Origin: a virus
Lineage: Duplodnaviria; Caudoviricetes
Virus record (IMG/VR): IMGVR_UViG_3300008262_000055
Length of the DNA: 64,000 bases
Direction: 5' to 3' (one strand)
Of this stretch, positions 16,561-26,808 are shown piece by piece (position 1 is the first letter of the stretch; each line of letters opens with the position of its first letter). Position numbers and translations under genes: made by a program. The notes beneath the pieces were generated by a model. The model saw only the letters and a program-made list of their open reading frames with translations, did not search any database and was not told the origin of the DNA.

Positions 16561-19500
16561 TTAGGCTTGTGCTTCGCCCCAACGTAGAATAATGTTAGCG
16601 TTAACTGCTGTCCCAGACACCTTAAAGATGTTGATAGCCAACACGTCTGGACCATTTGGGAATGTACCTCTGCCACCTAGGGTAGTATTGGTTAATTCTT
16701 TCAATTCCGAAAGATCCAAACTGTCCGAACTTCCTGGTAAGCTAATGAATGAAAATACCTGTTCTCCAGGAAGAGCGTATGGAGGTTGTCCAAATTTAAA
16801 TGTTATTGTACTAGCACCTGCTACCACAGCATTAGAAGTCTGTGTAAATGTTACAGAGTAGTAGCCAGTACCACCAAATGTTCGTAGAGTGCTAACTGTG
16901 GCTACGCGAGTACCCGCAGCAAATTTAGCATCAGAAACTTCTGTGCCAGCACCTGCTGAATAAGTTGATACCAAGGTTTCCCAACTGGCCTGTGTGAAGT
17001 ATACAAAGTTGGTTACTGCGGTATTTTGTGCCAACGATAGTGTAATAGTTGCGTTAGCATTTACAGCCGCTGCTGTAGTTCTGGACAAGAACAAAGTATA
17101 ATACGGTATAGTATCAAAGGTCACGGTTGTTCCGCCTGCTAGTGTACCTATACAGTTATTACCAAAAACAACGGAGTAATATCCAACACCACCAAATGTC
17201 TGTAAACCGCTGATACCAGTTATTGTTGTTCCGCCAGTAAACTTGCCAGAGTCGTTAGTTGCTGTTCCTATCACAGGAACATCTACTGGTAGTGCTGTCC
17301 AACTGGCTGCTGTAAAGAACAGGTTATTGGTAGTTGTTCTAGAACCGCCAAACGCAGTGTTGATAGTTTGAGTCGACAATGGTAAATCAGAACTTAACCC
17401 TTGACTCATTGTTACAGTATAATATCTATTAGGTGATGTACCTTGTATACCCGAAACAGCTGATACTGTAGTTCCTCCTGGGAATGCCGATGTTACACTA
17501 AATCCAGTTTGTGTTATGTTGCTGGTCATATTATTCCAGCTAGCTTCTGTAATGTTCAATGTAGTCTGGCCTGCGACATAAGCGGTAGAAATTGTTCCGT
17601 TGTTATTAGCTCCGGTTGCTGTCGAATTGTATTGAACAAAGTTGTTGCCAGCCCCTGTTACAATATACGTTCCGTTATATGCGTTAGGGTTTACACCGGT
17701 TACCGTAATTCTAGAATTAACAGGGAAAGGCACATAACCTTGATTATTAAAAAATAATGTAGCTGTTACACCGTTACCTTGTGGGAAAGTTGTATTAACT
17801 GCCCTAAAAAACGTCTGCATGCTAGAAGTCAACGCACCCAACGTCGTAGCTACTGGACTTGGACTTGTTGCTACTGAAGATACTGTGGTACCTGCTTGGA
17901 ATTTGGTGTCCGAAGCTGCTATAGAGAATCCAGCAGTGGCACCTGACGTATTCCAGCTGGCCTGTGTTGCGTATACAAATGAAGACCCGCTAGCTCTATT
18001 AAATGCTGTCTTGTTAGGTACCGTTACGTTAGCAGTTACAGTATTCAATGCGGTAGCAGTAGCAGTAGGCTGAGCCACACCGCCCGCCCAGTTTACAGAA
18101 CCACCAGGAGCAATTTGAGCAAAGCTAGGTTGACCGCCAGCGGCAACACCTGTTAACCCCGACCAAACAATGTCGCTGGGGTTTGCGGGATAGTTCTGCG
18201 GATTCAACACCCCTTCAACAATGATACCGCCTGTGCCTGTATCTGATGTAACAGCAATTTCTTTCAACAATAATTGGGCTCTGTTTAACAATTCTCTATC
18301 ACCAAGATCGCCTACTACCGCATTCGAAACACTAGGTGCTAGACGAATTAGGAACGCAGTGGCTTTGGTTGTGCTAACACTTAGACCGGTAGACGCATAG
18401 TTAAAAATGTATCCTCGATCCGAGTCAAACAATCCGTCTGTTAGGAAAGCACTACCCCAGTGACTAATTAGTGGAGTTGTGGTGTTATTCATCAAGATAA
18501 CACCTGTTCCGGCACTATGGTTTGCGGCCACACCTGCTGTAAAGTTTCTATTAGCACCTGCTATGAATAAATCTAATTGAGCAGATCTAGTACATCCTGT
18601 TAGTGTATTTAGAGTTTGATCGATTCCTGTATAAGAAATCATTTCATTGTCTATATAAACAATACCAGTTTCTGGGAATCCTGCTATGCTTGCGACTGGT
18701 ACTACTGTACTAGTATTAGTAATATCGCTGACTAAGCTGCTGTTTGAACCGTAGTTTGAAACTTCATATCTAACAGGCAAGTTACCAGTACGCATATATG
18801 CTTCTGTATTGATGTTTGAGTTTCTCATCCTGTGTGCAAAAACATAATTACCGTCTGAACCTCTTAGCATAAAATCAATAAAACCAGCACCATACCACGA
18901 GTACTGGATTCCAATCATCTGCATCTTTGTAATATCTAAATCATAACCGCTGGGTCCAGTTCCATTTAATCGATCTTTGTTAAAGTCTGATTGCTGGACT
19001 CTAACTTCTGAGACTAAACTCATTTTAGCATTTGATACGTTGTTAACACCTCGGAAGTCTGGGTTAACAGTCATTGATGTCTGACTATCAACGTGTGTTA
19101 CTATGTGCGTCATACCCCTAATAGTAACAGCATCACCTGCTTTGATTTGATCTCGGAATCTACTATTAAGTCCTGTAACTCTGTTTGAACCAGAGTTTAC
19201 AGAAATAGTTCCTGCTAATTGTTTAGTAGAAGTACGCTGAACAGCCCAAAGAGTCTGTCCATCATATTCCCAGAAAATTCCATTTTGGTCGTCAAAAACT
19301 CCAGCACGAACAACTGCTCCTTTCCAACGTAAAGTAGAAATTTGACAGTTAAAACTTAGTGTAGGTTTTCTAGTTCCTACTCGTTTTGTAGCAATAATTC
19401 TAAATGTTCGTTCACTGACAATTTCATCAACTGTGTAATCGCCATCATAGCCACCAGTTGTTACACCGCTAAGACGTATAACAGCACCGCGTTGTAGACC

Positions 19501-22500
19501 GTGATCGTTGTCACCTAATGTAACTTCTATAGTAGCCCCTACTTCAACGTCTGTAGCAAGTATAGTCAATACATCATAACTCGGTGCAAATAACGCACCT
19601 GTGGTATACATAACACCTTTACCAGATTGATAACGAATATATTTTTTACTTTGACGTATGGCCTGTACACCATGTTGTGGACCGCCTGTACCTAGCTGTA
19701 CGCCGCCATCAAATGGTCTGTGCGTAAAAAAGCTATCTGGTCTTGGATATATTACACCCGAAATAGGTGCTCCTGTAATTATTCCTGGAGATCTAGCTTG
19801 GAAAGTAATTGTATTTCGGGTTGGAATTTGTGTAGCGGAGAACGAACCGTTGGCTAATGAGTGATTGTTAGATCCATTATCTGAGCTAACTGTAACAATA
19901 AACGATCCGCCTGGCGGAATTCCGTGAGGTTCTTGGAATATGATCTGTAATGTAGCTAATGTACCAAACCCTAAACCTGTACCAGAAGTAATTGTTGCTG
20001 TGGTAAATTCACTAACTGTTACAGAAGAATATAATTGTAAATTAATTCCAGCTACACCTAACCCGGTTACTGTAGCTGCTGTGATAGCACCTGTAGATGG
20101 TGTTACAGAAGTCACTGATACTATGGCGTCATTGGTTGTATTTGCTCCGCCAAGATTGCTACCTAAAATTCTAATTCTATTTCCCGGTAGATATGCTGTG
20201 CCGCCGTCAGATACTATAATGTTAGTGTAACCGCTAGCGGTTCTGGTAATAGTAAATTCGCCATTGATTCCGGAACCAGGAACTATAACTACAGGAACAT
20301 TACTAATAGTAGTTCTATCGTCCCCTGTACCTGCTGTGGATATTTGAGAAATAACTCCAGGAGCATTTTCATTAGCTACTAGCCCGCTAACTAACGATGC
20401 TGCAATAATTTCTCCGCTGCCGCCAATGTTGTCAACTTGTATTTGAAGATCGTTTGAAGGAGTATTGCCGCCAAGTTGTGTACCATATATAGTTATAATT
20501 TCACCGCCTGCATAGCCACTACCAGCAAATGCTACTACCAAACTAGTATAAGCAGCACCAATTCTAGTAATATTAAATTGTGCCGAGCTACCTGACAACG
20601 AGGTAGCATCTTGTAATAATCCAGTAAATGTTGATGTTGTCTGTGTAGCAGTAATAGTTACATCATTGGCGGGGGTAGTGTTGCTGGTAAACACTGTTCC
20701 TAAGATCAAGAATTCGGTGCCTTTAACATATCCTGTGCCACCGGCATTAATTACTGAAGAGAATCCTGTACCTGTTCTAGTTACATCAAAGGTGGCACTT
20801 GATCCTAGTGTACTGTCTGGACTAGTAGCCGTATAAGAACTGTTATTAATACCGCTAATAGTTTCATTACCTGAAGACATCAAGCTAGTTCCAGAAATAA
20901 CATCTGCTGTTAAAATAGAACCGCTGGAAACAGTAGCTACGGTAATTAATAGATCATTAGCAGGACTTGTACCAGATAAATCTGATCCTAAAATTCTTAG
21001 AACATCGCCTACTTGATAATCAGACCCTCCTGTGTTAACTGACACAGATATGTAACCTGCAGAATTACCAACAACATTAAATGTTGCTGCTGAACCAATT
21101 GAAATTTCATTAGTTCCTGTTAATTCGGTATATGTTGTAGTGTTACCAATGATAGCACCGGAAAATGGTCTAGTAAACGTAACATCGGTTCCTGCTAGTG
21201 ATTCAACAAACGTAGAGGAACCTGTTTGATCATTAGCACCAAGCCCTATAACTATGCCCGAAGTGCTGGCAACTGTAAGAGTGGTTAGACCTAACAGCGT
21301 AGGAGCATAATCGCCCAGTACTGTGGGAGTTACTATAACTCCGCCAGAACCAACAACAGCAGTAACTTGAGATCCAAACCCAATGCCAACCGCAGCATTC
21401 ATTGGTGACCCTATGCTAGGAACAGTTCCGCTAGCTACAGCAAATTTTGATGTTGCTGTTGGTGTGTCAAATTGAGTAACAAATGTTCCGGAAGTTCCGT
21501 TTGATAACAAATTGATTGTTGGTAGTCCAATAGAAGCACCTGTGTAAAAACCACCTTTTCTTATCTGGGTATAGGTAGTTTTTAGGCTTGTTCCGGATGT
21601 AGTTCCTACTCTTGATTTAGCAAAATAGGTAAATGTAGTAGGAGTTGGAATTGTTACAATAACAAACGCACCCTCTGCTCTGCTAATACCAGAAATAGCT
21701 GTATCTAGGCCAGCAACAGTTACTGGGGTACCGGTAGATAAATTATGTGGTGCTGCTGTAGTCACAGTGATTGTTGAAGCACCTACACCATTACTTGGAA
21801 AAGAAGCATCAGAGGTTATAGCTGTTACTTCAAAATCAGATCCAGGAATTTCGTAAACTGAAGGATATCCTCTAGCTATACCAATAGCCTGCCACTTTGT
21901 AGGTTGTAGTCCGTATTCAAAGTCAGCGTCAAGCATGGACTGTGGAGCAGCAACTCTATGACGTTCGATAGCATCTGTACCAAAATCATATGGACGAACT
22001 TTCATCTCGACCGATTCAACGAATATCTGTAATTCGTCAGTTTCGTCCATAGTAGATGTGTCTGAGTTTAGACGCAGATGTACAACTCTATCAGTAACTT
22101 GTTTAAATGCTACAAAATCATCATCACCGTCGAACTCTGAAACAATCTCGCCGCCAGCGGTATTTGTAGAAAAATTGTATATGACCACATTTTTACTGGT
22201 ATTTGTGATCAGCAATAAATCTTCAAGTCGAATAGCACCTTGGAATTTAATAAGTCCATACCCAGCACTTTCCTTAGCAGGTAATGAACTTACGCCCTGT
22301 TCAATGATGTTAACTAAATTGTTTGAAAGAGTAAGAATTACTGTGCCTGCTTCTGGATCATAGGCCTTAGAAGAATCTACAATCTGTTCTTCTACTGTCT
22401 GATATGGAACGGTTCTTGGAGAAACTGCTGGTAAACTAGTAGGACCATCTTCTAAGAAATTAATAAAGACATTGGTAAGTTCTGTAATCCTTGCGTAAGC

Positions 22501-23475
22501 ACCTGACTCCGCCGACGGTGCTGTTAATATCTGTGGATAAACTATTTGATAATCTGGTGCGTTGACTCTTGGAAAAATATAATCAACAATTACTTCTTGT
22601 AAAAATCTGTAACTGGCTATTTCTGGAATGCGAGATCCGTCGACTTGGAATACCCCATCGATATAATACTTTTGAGCAATACGTCTTGATTCTTCATTGC
22701 CGTTATTTTCTAAATCGTATATTAACGCATCTATCACATAACCAGAATCCCTAACACATTTTGCCGAATCGTAGGTATATCCTTTAAAAACTACTACTTC
22801 ATTGATTACTGAAGTTTTTCCTGTGGTAATAGCATTGAACGCAGTTTGTAACGGTGCTGTGGCAAAAGTAATGCTAGGTGTTGTTCTAACTATACCTGAT
22901 AATATAGTATTAGCTTGTGTTTGTGTTGTTGCTGCTACAACAGTAGCAGTGATTTGTACTAGGTCTTGGCATATTACCGCATCGGCCGAGTTAGCAGCAG
23001 GGAAGGTACGATTCTGTGTTAGAGTGTTGCCTTCTGTTTTTGTAACAAATTCGTTTAATACTATTTGTCCAATGACTTGTTTTAGATGTACATAGGCTGC
23101 GACTGTTTGTAGTCGATGAGTAGGATCAATACCTGTTGTAGCGTTGGCAAATCCGTAGAAGAAAAATCTAGCTTGATCGTAAGTAGCACTGTTACCGCCA
23201 TATAGAATATCGTAACAGATAGCGTCAATGGCATATTTGACATCTCTAGCACATTTTACAGGATCATGATCAGCGTTAGGATATTGTTCTGCAACCCAAG
23301 CATTAACTTCTGCTGCTAAGAAATTCTTATTAGACACTATCTGATTCTTAGCTGCAATTCTACTAACTGTAGCATTGCTAGGTTCGGCAAGTACTAGTTC
23401 GTTGGCATTTTCTCTGCCGTTTTCAATAATATCTACAACTTCGTTAAAGAAAGCATTATTTCTAGCTCTATAGAA
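16561..23475 (-). CDS. Giant Ser/Thr/Gly-rich virion fibre protein, C-terminal part (frame open to 23475; probably continuous with 23433..24560)
   Basis: More than 2,250 aa; KCxRD repeats, DADFEYGLQPTKWQ, four GxxYxxG..L.I.G..LGG..PAND repeats; the GTG at 23337 has no RBS. Confidence 0.8.
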   Translation of the reverse strand, partial: FYRARNNAFFNEVVDIIENGRENANELVLAEPSNATVSRIAAKNQIVSNKNFLAAEVNAWVAEQYPNADHDPVKCARDVKYAIDAICYDILYGGNSATYDQARFFFYGFANATTGIDPTHRLQTVAAYVHLKQVIGQIVLNEFVTKTEGNTLTQNRTFPAANSADAVICQDLVQITATVVAATTQTQANTILSGIVRTTPSITFATAPLQTAFNAITTGKTSVINEVVVFKGYTYDSAKCVRDSGYVIDALIYDLENNGNEESRRIAQKYYIDGVFQVDGSRIPEIASYRFLQEVIVDYIFPRVNAPDYQIVYPQILTAPSAESGAYARITELTNVFINFLEDGPTSLPAVSPRTVPYQTVEEQIVDSSKAYDPEAGTVILTLSNNLVNIIEQGVSSLPAKESAGYGLIKFQGAIRLEDLLLITNTSKNVVIYNFSTNTAGGEIVSEFDGDDDFVAFKQVTDRVVHLRLNSDTSTMDETDELQIFVESVEMKVRPYDFGTDAIERHRVAAPQSMLDADFEYGLQPTKWQAIGIARGYPSVYEIPGSDFEVTAITSDASFPSNGVGASTITVTTAAPHNLSTGTPVTVAGLDTAISGISRAEGAFVIVTIPTPTTFTYFAKSRVGTTSGTSLKTTYTQIRKGGFYTGASIGLPTINLLSNGTSGTFVTQFDTPTATSKFAVASGTVPSIGSPMNAAVGIGFGSQVTAVVGSGGVIVTPTVLGDYAPTLLGLTTLTVASTSGIVIGLGANDQTGSSTFVESLAGTDVTFTRPFSGAIIGNTTTYTELTGTNEISIGSAATFNVVGNSAGYISVSVNTGGSDYQVGDVLRILGSDLSGTSPANDLLITVATVSSGSILTADVISGTSLMSSGNETISGINNSSYTATSPDSTLGSSATFDVTRTGTGFSSVINAGGTGYVKGTEFLILGTVFTSNTTPANDVTITATQTTSTFTGLLQDATSLSGSSAQFNITRIGAAYTSLVVAFAGSGYAGGEIITIYGTQLGGNTPSNDLQIQVDNIGGSGEIIAASLVSGLVANENAPGVISQISTAGTGDDRTTISNVPVVIVPGSGINGEFTITRTASGYTNIIVSDGGTAYLPGNRIRILGSNLGGANTTNDAIVSVTSVTPSTGAITAATVTGLGVAGINLQLYSSVTVSEFTTATITSGTGLGFGTLATLQIIFQEPHGIPPGGSFIVTVSSDNGSNNHSLANGSFSATQIPTRNTITFQARSPGIITGAPISGVIYPRPDSFFTHRPFDGGVQLGTGGPQHGVQAIRQSKKYIRYQSGKGVMYTTGALFAPSYDVLTILATDVEVGATIEVTLGDNDHGLQRGAVIRLSGVTTGGYDGDYTVDEIVSERTFRIIATKRVGTRKPTLSFNCQISTLRWKGAVVRAGVFDDQNGIFWEYDGQTLWAVQRTSTKQLAGTISVNSGSNRVTGLNSRFRDQIKAGDAVTIRGMTHIVTHVDSQTSMTVNPDFRGVNNVSNAKMSLVSEVRVQQSDFNKDRLNGTGPSGYDLDITKMQMIGIQYSWYGAGFIDFMLRGSDGNYVFAHRMRNSNINTEAYMRTGNLPVRYEVSNYGSNSSLVSDITNTSTVVPVASIAGFPETGIVYIDNEMISYTGIDQTLNTLTGCTRSAQLDLFIAGANRNFTAGVAANHSAGTGVILMNNTTTPLISHWGSAFLTDGLFDSDRGYIFNYASTGLSVSTTKATAFLIRLAPSVSNAVVGDLGDRELLNRAQLLLKEIAVTSDTGTGGIIVEGVLNPQNYPANPSDIVWSGLTGVAAGGQPSFAQIAPGGSVNWAGGVAQPTATATALNTVTANVTVPNKTAFNRASGSSFVYATQASWNTSGATAGFSIAASDTKFQAGTTVSSVATSPSPVATTLGALTSSMQTFFRAVNTTFPQGNGVTATLFFNNQGYVPFPVNSRITVTGVNPNAYNGTYIVTGAGNNFVQYNSTATGANNNGTISTAYVAGQTTLNITEASWNNMTSNITQTGFSVTSAFPGGTTVSAVSGIQGTSPNRYYTVTMSQGLSSDLPLSTQTINTAFGGSRTTTNNLFFTAASWTALPVDVPVIGTATNDSGKFTGGTTITGISGLQTFGGVGYYSVVFGNNCIGTLAGGTTVTFDTIPYYTLFLSRTTAAAVNANATITLSLAQNTAVTNFVYFTQASWETLVSTYSAGAGTEVSDAKFAAGTRVATVSTLRTFGGTGYYSVTFTQTSNAVVAGASTITFKFGQPPYALPGEQVFSFISLPGSSDSLDLSELKELTNTTLGGRGTFPNGPDVLAINIFKVSGTAVNANIILRWGEAQA

Positions 23476-24560
23476 TTAAATTCTGCTAGACCTAAGAATA
23501 AAGCATTGTAATTTGTACCCAATGCTATGTCAAATTTTACTCCGTCAATAAGATATCCAATATCTCTTTCGCATTTAGTAGCGTCAAGGACTTCGTTAGC
23601 AATCCATCCAACGATTTCATTTTGTAGGTATGGTTTGTTTAGTGTTAGTAATCTTACTGCCTCAGGATACAGTGTTGTTCCTGCCTGATTCTGCATTACA
23701 TTGTTGATAATTAAATTTCTAATAAATTCATGACCTTCAACTTCTGCTTGGCCACTGCCGTCAACTTGTAATACACCGTTATCGTAATATTTTTGTATGG
23801 TAAAACGTGTCTGTTCATTACCACCGTATCTTAGATCGTGTAGATAAGCATCTAATACGTATCCTAGATCTCGCTGACATTTTTCAGAATTAAAAGTATA
23901 ATTTTCGTAAGTTGCTGCTTTATAAGCAATAGCAGGCATTGAAGATAGCCCGCTGGCAATAACTGTAGTAGTAACAGCAGACAATGTATCAATACGTGCC
24001 GCTGCGGTTGTTTCTGCCGACGGAGCAACTGTGTACATTGCGGCAACTAGTTGAAGGGGAGTGTAGGCCGCACGTGGAAATATATAATCTGTGATTAAAT
24101 CTCTTATAAATTCGTGAGTTTTAACTTCAGCTTGTCTGTCTCCGTCAACTTGCGGTTCAGTATTAATCCAATATTTTCCAACAACTGATCTAGTATCTTC
24201 GTTGCCGCCGTATCGAATATCGTGAATATACGCTGCTAAGACATAACCAATATCTCGTTTACATTTAGCTACGTCATAGGTATATCCTACAAATCCTGTG
24301 AAATTTCCTGCTACCTGTGTTGCTATCCAGGCAGTGGCTTCTTCTTTGATAAAATTAACGTTGTTTTCTAATAGGCGTACAGCATTAGGATATAAATTAA
24401 CGTCAGTGTCAATGTCTATCCTATAATTGAGATAAGCTGTTAACTCTGCTTTGATAAATGGCACGTTGTCATAAAAACTTTGCCATTCGTCTGGATACAA
24501 ATTGCCAAGAAAACTAATCCCCGGTCTAAATGTATAATTGTCTATTTTTTTCTTTGCCAT
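23433..24560 (-). CDS. Giant virion fibre protein, N-terminal part (three KCxRD repeats), frameshifted from 16561..23475
   Basis: MAKKKIDNYTFRPG start with AGGA RBS; repeat family continues in the downstream frame. Confidence 0.75.
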   Translation of the reverse strand: MAKKKIDNYTFRPGISFLGNLYPDEWQSFYDNVPFIKAELTAYLNYRIDIDTDVNLYPNAVRLLENNVNFIKEEATAWIATQVAGNFTGFVGYTYDVAKCKRDIGYVLAAYIHDIRYGGNEDTRSVVGKYWINTEPQVDGDRQAEVKTHEFIRDLITDYIFPRAAYTPLQLVAAMYTVAPSAETTAAARIDTLSAVTTTVIASGLSSMPAIAYKAATYENYTFNSEKCQRDLGYVLDAYLHDLRYGGNEQTRFTIQKYYDNGVLQVDGSGQAEVEGHEFIRNLIINNVMQNQAGTTLYPEAVRLLTLNKPYLQNEIVGWIANEVLDATKCERDIGYLIDGVKFDIALGTNYNALFLGLAEFNSIELEIMLSLTKL

Positions 24561-24569
24561 CTTCTATCC

Positions 24570-25145
24570 TTAGGCTCCAAATGCCACTGCAAAAGCAACG
24601 ACAGAGTTGTCTACGTAATCTTTTCGAACAGCGTGTTCGCCTGATGTGGGAGCAGCGTTTATCGAAACATTTTCTATATATGTTACAGTACCTGTAATTG
24701 TAGCAGCATCGAATGATATATTAGCACCGTCTGCGACAAATTCTCCGTTGACACCATTATGTTCTACAACATTTAATTGGTAAGTGTCTATTTTTCCAGG
24801 TGTAGTTTGGCCAAGATCAACGTTGTCTATAGTTCCTGTTGCCAAACTATTAATGACCACTCGACCGTTGATTATTGATAAACGGTTTACGTTGTTCTTT
24901 TTTAAGAATACATCACCGTTAACCGTTAAATTTTGTAAAACTCCAAGAGTTTCTAAACTACTATCTCTAATACTTTCAGTTAGTCGATCGGTATCGATAA
25001 CTGTTGATCCGCTAATACTTATAGTAGTAGCATTAAGATTTGCTGTTGTTACAGACAATGCCGTTAGGTCGCCTTCCTTGTCTACAAGGAATCCTGGGCT
25101 TCTGTAACCAAATTCTGTTCTAAATTGTATTGTCTGTACTGTCAT
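24570..25145 (-). CDS. Short fibre-like virion protein with hydrophobic C-terminus
   Basis: SSLETLGVLQNLTV, HAVRKDYVD, ends VVAFAVAFGA; TAAATA at 25156-25161. Confidence 0.7.
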   Translation of the reverse strand: MTVQTIQFRTEFGYRSPGFLVDKEGDLTALSVTTANLNATTISISGSTVIDTDRLTESIRDSSLETLGVLQNLTVNGDVFLKKNNVNRLSIINGRVVINSLATGTIDNVDLGQTTPGKIDTYQLNVVEHNGVNGEFVADGANISFDAATITGTVTYIENVSINAAPTSGEHAVRKDYVDNSVVAFAVAFGA

Positions 25146-25167
25146 TTTTACCTAGTATTTATTGGTG

Positions 25168-26736
25168 TTATAATCTACCAACTACAACTTCAATGACTCC
25201 AGAGACGCCATCAAAGTCTTCTAATGCTTTACCTATCACAGTGCCAATGCTAGGGTCTAGAGACGGTCTAGCATACCCATCGCCACCGCTGATCAACATA
25301 TCACCTTTTCTAATGTTGCCCCTAACTTTACAAGGAACACGCCCCTGTAGTGCTATTGCTACTACATTGTCGCCTTTTAAATCAGTGTTCATTAAGTAAG
25401 CAGGGTTTGTAGAAACAACTCCGGCTATTCTGCGAGTTGAATCTTGGGCTAGAGTTACTTCTTTGTCTCCGCCAAATTCTAAAACAGTTCCAGGCTCGTA
25501 GGCACAATCGGCTAGATATCTTTCAGCCAAGTCCGCCCATCTAGCTGTAGTTGCTGTGACATTTAATGTGCTGGTTGCTACTTCTAACGTTACGCCGGAG
25601 CTGGCATATAAACTTTGTCCAGTAATTGGATCTGTTCCTTCAGCAATAACCATAGGATATATGCCGTCAAGAACTTCTGAAACAATAATTTCAGTAGCGG
25701 TTCCGCCAGTTCCGCCACCTCCTCCAGAACTTCCTGTATTGGTTATTGTTATCCTATCGCTGGTAGCATTAGTAGTAATAGCTATTCCTGAGCCTGCCAC
25801 AAAAGTCAGTGTGTCTGATGCCGAATCTGCTCTAATAGTTGACTGTCCTGCTACGCTAACAACACCAAACGCATTAGCTGATGTTCCACCACCTGTTCCA
25901 CCGCCAGAGCTTGATAGAGTAATACTTCTATTTGAAGCATTAGTGGAAATGGTCATTCCTGAGCCAGCAATTAATGTTAAATTATCATTTAATATTATAC
26001 TATCAACATCAGCCTCGCCCGATACAGAAATAGTTCCAAACGATTTAAGTTCATTACCGCCCACGGTTGTGCCGTCGGGTAGCTCAATAGCCCCGTTTCC
26101 ATTATTAGATATTACAGCACCGCCAAGGTCTATACCATTACTAAGATATAGGTCTCTAAATCGCTTTAGAGCAATACCAACATCAAATGTTCCGCTAGAG
26201 GTTGGTGTAAGAGTTCTGTCAATAGCAGAAAGATTGGCATTACTACTACCACCGCTGCCGCCATCTGGAATGTCACCGCCACCTCCACCACCGCCTAAGT
26301 CTTCTTCGTCAACCAAATATGTTAAAGGGACAGGTCTTTCAAGATCAGTTAAGGTAGCAAAATATTGAGCAAAGTAGATAGCACGTACACCTTCGTAGCC
26401 TTCAATAATTGGTGATAATTTTAAACTTAGATAGCTGTCATTAACTGTGGCAGAAATTGTAATTAACGGATCATCTATGGAGGCACGACCGTAGACTGTG
26501 TAAGTAGCTTGATCAGGTCTAGCTACTACAAGAATAGACATTGTTTCTTTTTTCTGGGAATCGTATTCTACAGAAATTATATAATTTGCGGCAGCAAAAT
26601 CGCCCACATACCAACGATCAATTTCGGTGTCTTGAAAGATTTGACGCCAGGGTCCTCTATTATAGAAGTTTACTCCGTTTTTTAGAAACAGAGTATTTTT
26701 TACACCAGTGCCAAAGTATTTGGTAAAATCAGTCAT
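25168..26736 (-). CDS. Tail fibre/appendage with C-terminal intramolecular-chaperone autocleavage domain (Peptidase_G2-like)
   Basis: WADLAERY...YEPGTVL...AGVVSTNPAYLMN...ALQGRVPCKV.G...KGD.L...GTVIGKALE; two internal F..(I/V)SV.G...D.LT..AGSG repeats; TAAATA at 26758-26763. Confidence 0.75.
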   Translation of the reverse strand: MTDFTKYFGTGVKNTLFLKNGVNFYNRGPWRQIFQDTEIDRWYVGDFAAANYIISVEYDSQKKETMSILVVARPDQATYTVYGRASIDDPLITISATVNDSYLSLKLSPIIEGYEGVRAIYFAQYFATLTDLERPVPLTYLVDEEDLGGGGGGGDIPDGGSGGSSNANLSAIDRTLTPTSSGTFDVGIALKRFRDLYLSNGIDLGGAVISNNGNGAIELPDGTTVGGNELKSFGTISVSGEADVDSIILNDNLTLIAGSGMTISTNASNRSITLSSSGGGTGGGTSANAFGVVSVAGQSTIRADSASDTLTFVAGSGIAITTNATSDRITITNTGSSGGGGGTGGTATEIIVSEVLDGIYPMVIAEGTDPITGQSLYASSGVTLEVATSTLNVTATTARWADLAERYLADCAYEPGTVLEFGGDKEVTLAQDSTRRIAGVVSTNPAYLMNTDLKGDNVVAIALQGRVPCKVRGNIRKGDMLISGGDGYARPSLDPSIGTVIGKALEDFDGVSGVIEVVVGRL

Positions 26737-26782
26737 AGTTACGCTCGTTGTATGTTATATTTAACTGATTTTTAGAGAAACT

Positions 26783-26807
26783 AAAAACCCCCTAAAAAGG
26801 GGGTTTT
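26783..26807 (-). terminator. Rho-independent terminator after the carbamoyltransferase gene
   Basis: AAAACCCCCT-TTTT-AGGGGGTTTT-T. Confidence 0.8.
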
Positions 26808-26808
26808 G

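Noticed and set aside
23337-23475. Stop-codon reassignment (TAG read-through) to explain the split fibre
   Set aside because: Read-through stays in the wrong frame and meets further TAGs; TAG, TAA and TGA all end genuine genes here and ORFs over 2,000 aa are intact in code 11.
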